From NCBI RefSeq assembly GCF_006345805.1, contig NC_043001.1, forward strand, positions 58,528,001 to 58,592,000: DNA of 64,000 nt, read 5' to 3'. The notes under the pieces are model-generated. The model saw nothing but the letters and a program-made list of their open reading frames with translations. It was not told the DNA's origin and ran no database searches. This DNA is from Octopus sinensis (taxonomy: Eukaryota). Positions 63,291 to 64,000 of the stretch are shown here, piece after piece. Numbering within the stretch: the first letter of the stretch is position 1; the number at the start of each line of letters is the position of its first letter. Made by a program: the position numbers and the translations under genes.

Positions 63291-63702
63291 CATCACATTC
63301 CCAATGACCTTGGGAGTAGAAAAAATATGAGAAGGAAAATGAAGGAAGAAGGTCGATTTGGATGTTTTCGATCTAATTTGAATTCTTCGCAATCAAATTT
63401 GAATTTTTCAATTGGTGCTCAAGCCTTGAAAAAAGAGAGAGTTAAACTACATCAGCCGTAAGTGAAGACATGTCTATCTTATCTAACTCGTCTAGCAGAG
63501 CCCACCAATTGATATCTAATAAGTTCGATGAAATAACTAATGAACACTGCGATAGTTTCTACCAAAGGATGGTCCGTTACGTCGACCGGTCTGAACAAGG
63601 GGAGATAACAAACGACTGATTCTTTTTCTATTATCTCCCCTTGTTCAGGTTGCAAAGAATTCAAATTTGATGGCAAAGAATCCAAACTAGATCGAAAACA
63701 TC

Positions 63703-63726
63703 TATGTGTGTGTGTGTGTGTATGTG

Positions 63727-63765
<39 letters not shown>

Positions 63766-63810
63766 GCGTGCGTGCGTGGGTGAGTGCGCGTGCGCGTGTC
63801 TGTGTGTGTG
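63703..63810. repeat. (TG)n/(CG) microsatellite
   Basis: Direct reading. Confidence 0.95.
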
Positions 63811-64000
63811 TAGAATATGTTCTAGGCTGACAAAAAATAAGTCCTGGGGACGATTTCTTCAACTAAAAATTATTTCAGACAGTATTTAAGTATGGCCACA
63901 GTTAAACGACTAAAAACAAGAACACACACACACACACACACACATGCGGATGTTTACATATGTTGCATGTAACCAGAGGTCGATCGGTCTTAACTGATGA

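Overview
This is an AT-rich, repeat-saturated stretch of animal nuclear DNA, intronic or intergenic, and no host protein-coding gene could be supported. The SINE families resemble those I recall from octopod cephalopods (Octopus-like); this is an inference, not a database result. Contents: decayed DNA transposons (one Tc1, two mariners, a foldback/MITE); decayed LINEs (L1/Tx1, RTE, a Penelope-like element); two tRNA-derived SINE families; and many microsatellites. Three things stand out. (1) At 24.25-33.9 kb, R4/Dong-type (RT + restriction-like endonuclease) retrotransposons from three divergent lineages are stacked in one (TAA)n tract and share a 3' stem-loop. A second opposite-strand TAA cluster at 35.8-37.4 kb carries a non-coding passenger element. 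(2) Hammerhead ribozymes occur as two complete type I copies in inverted orientation inside a circularly permuted ~445-nt unit (retrozyme candidate, 38.5-39.3 kb) and as a minimal Penelope-type copy at 23.9 kb whose family appears to have a tRNA-like head. (3) There are several long near-perfect palindromes and an isolated perfect 58-bp direct repeat bracketing 5.1 kb. Coordinates were counted by eye; the boundaries of decayed elements are approximate.
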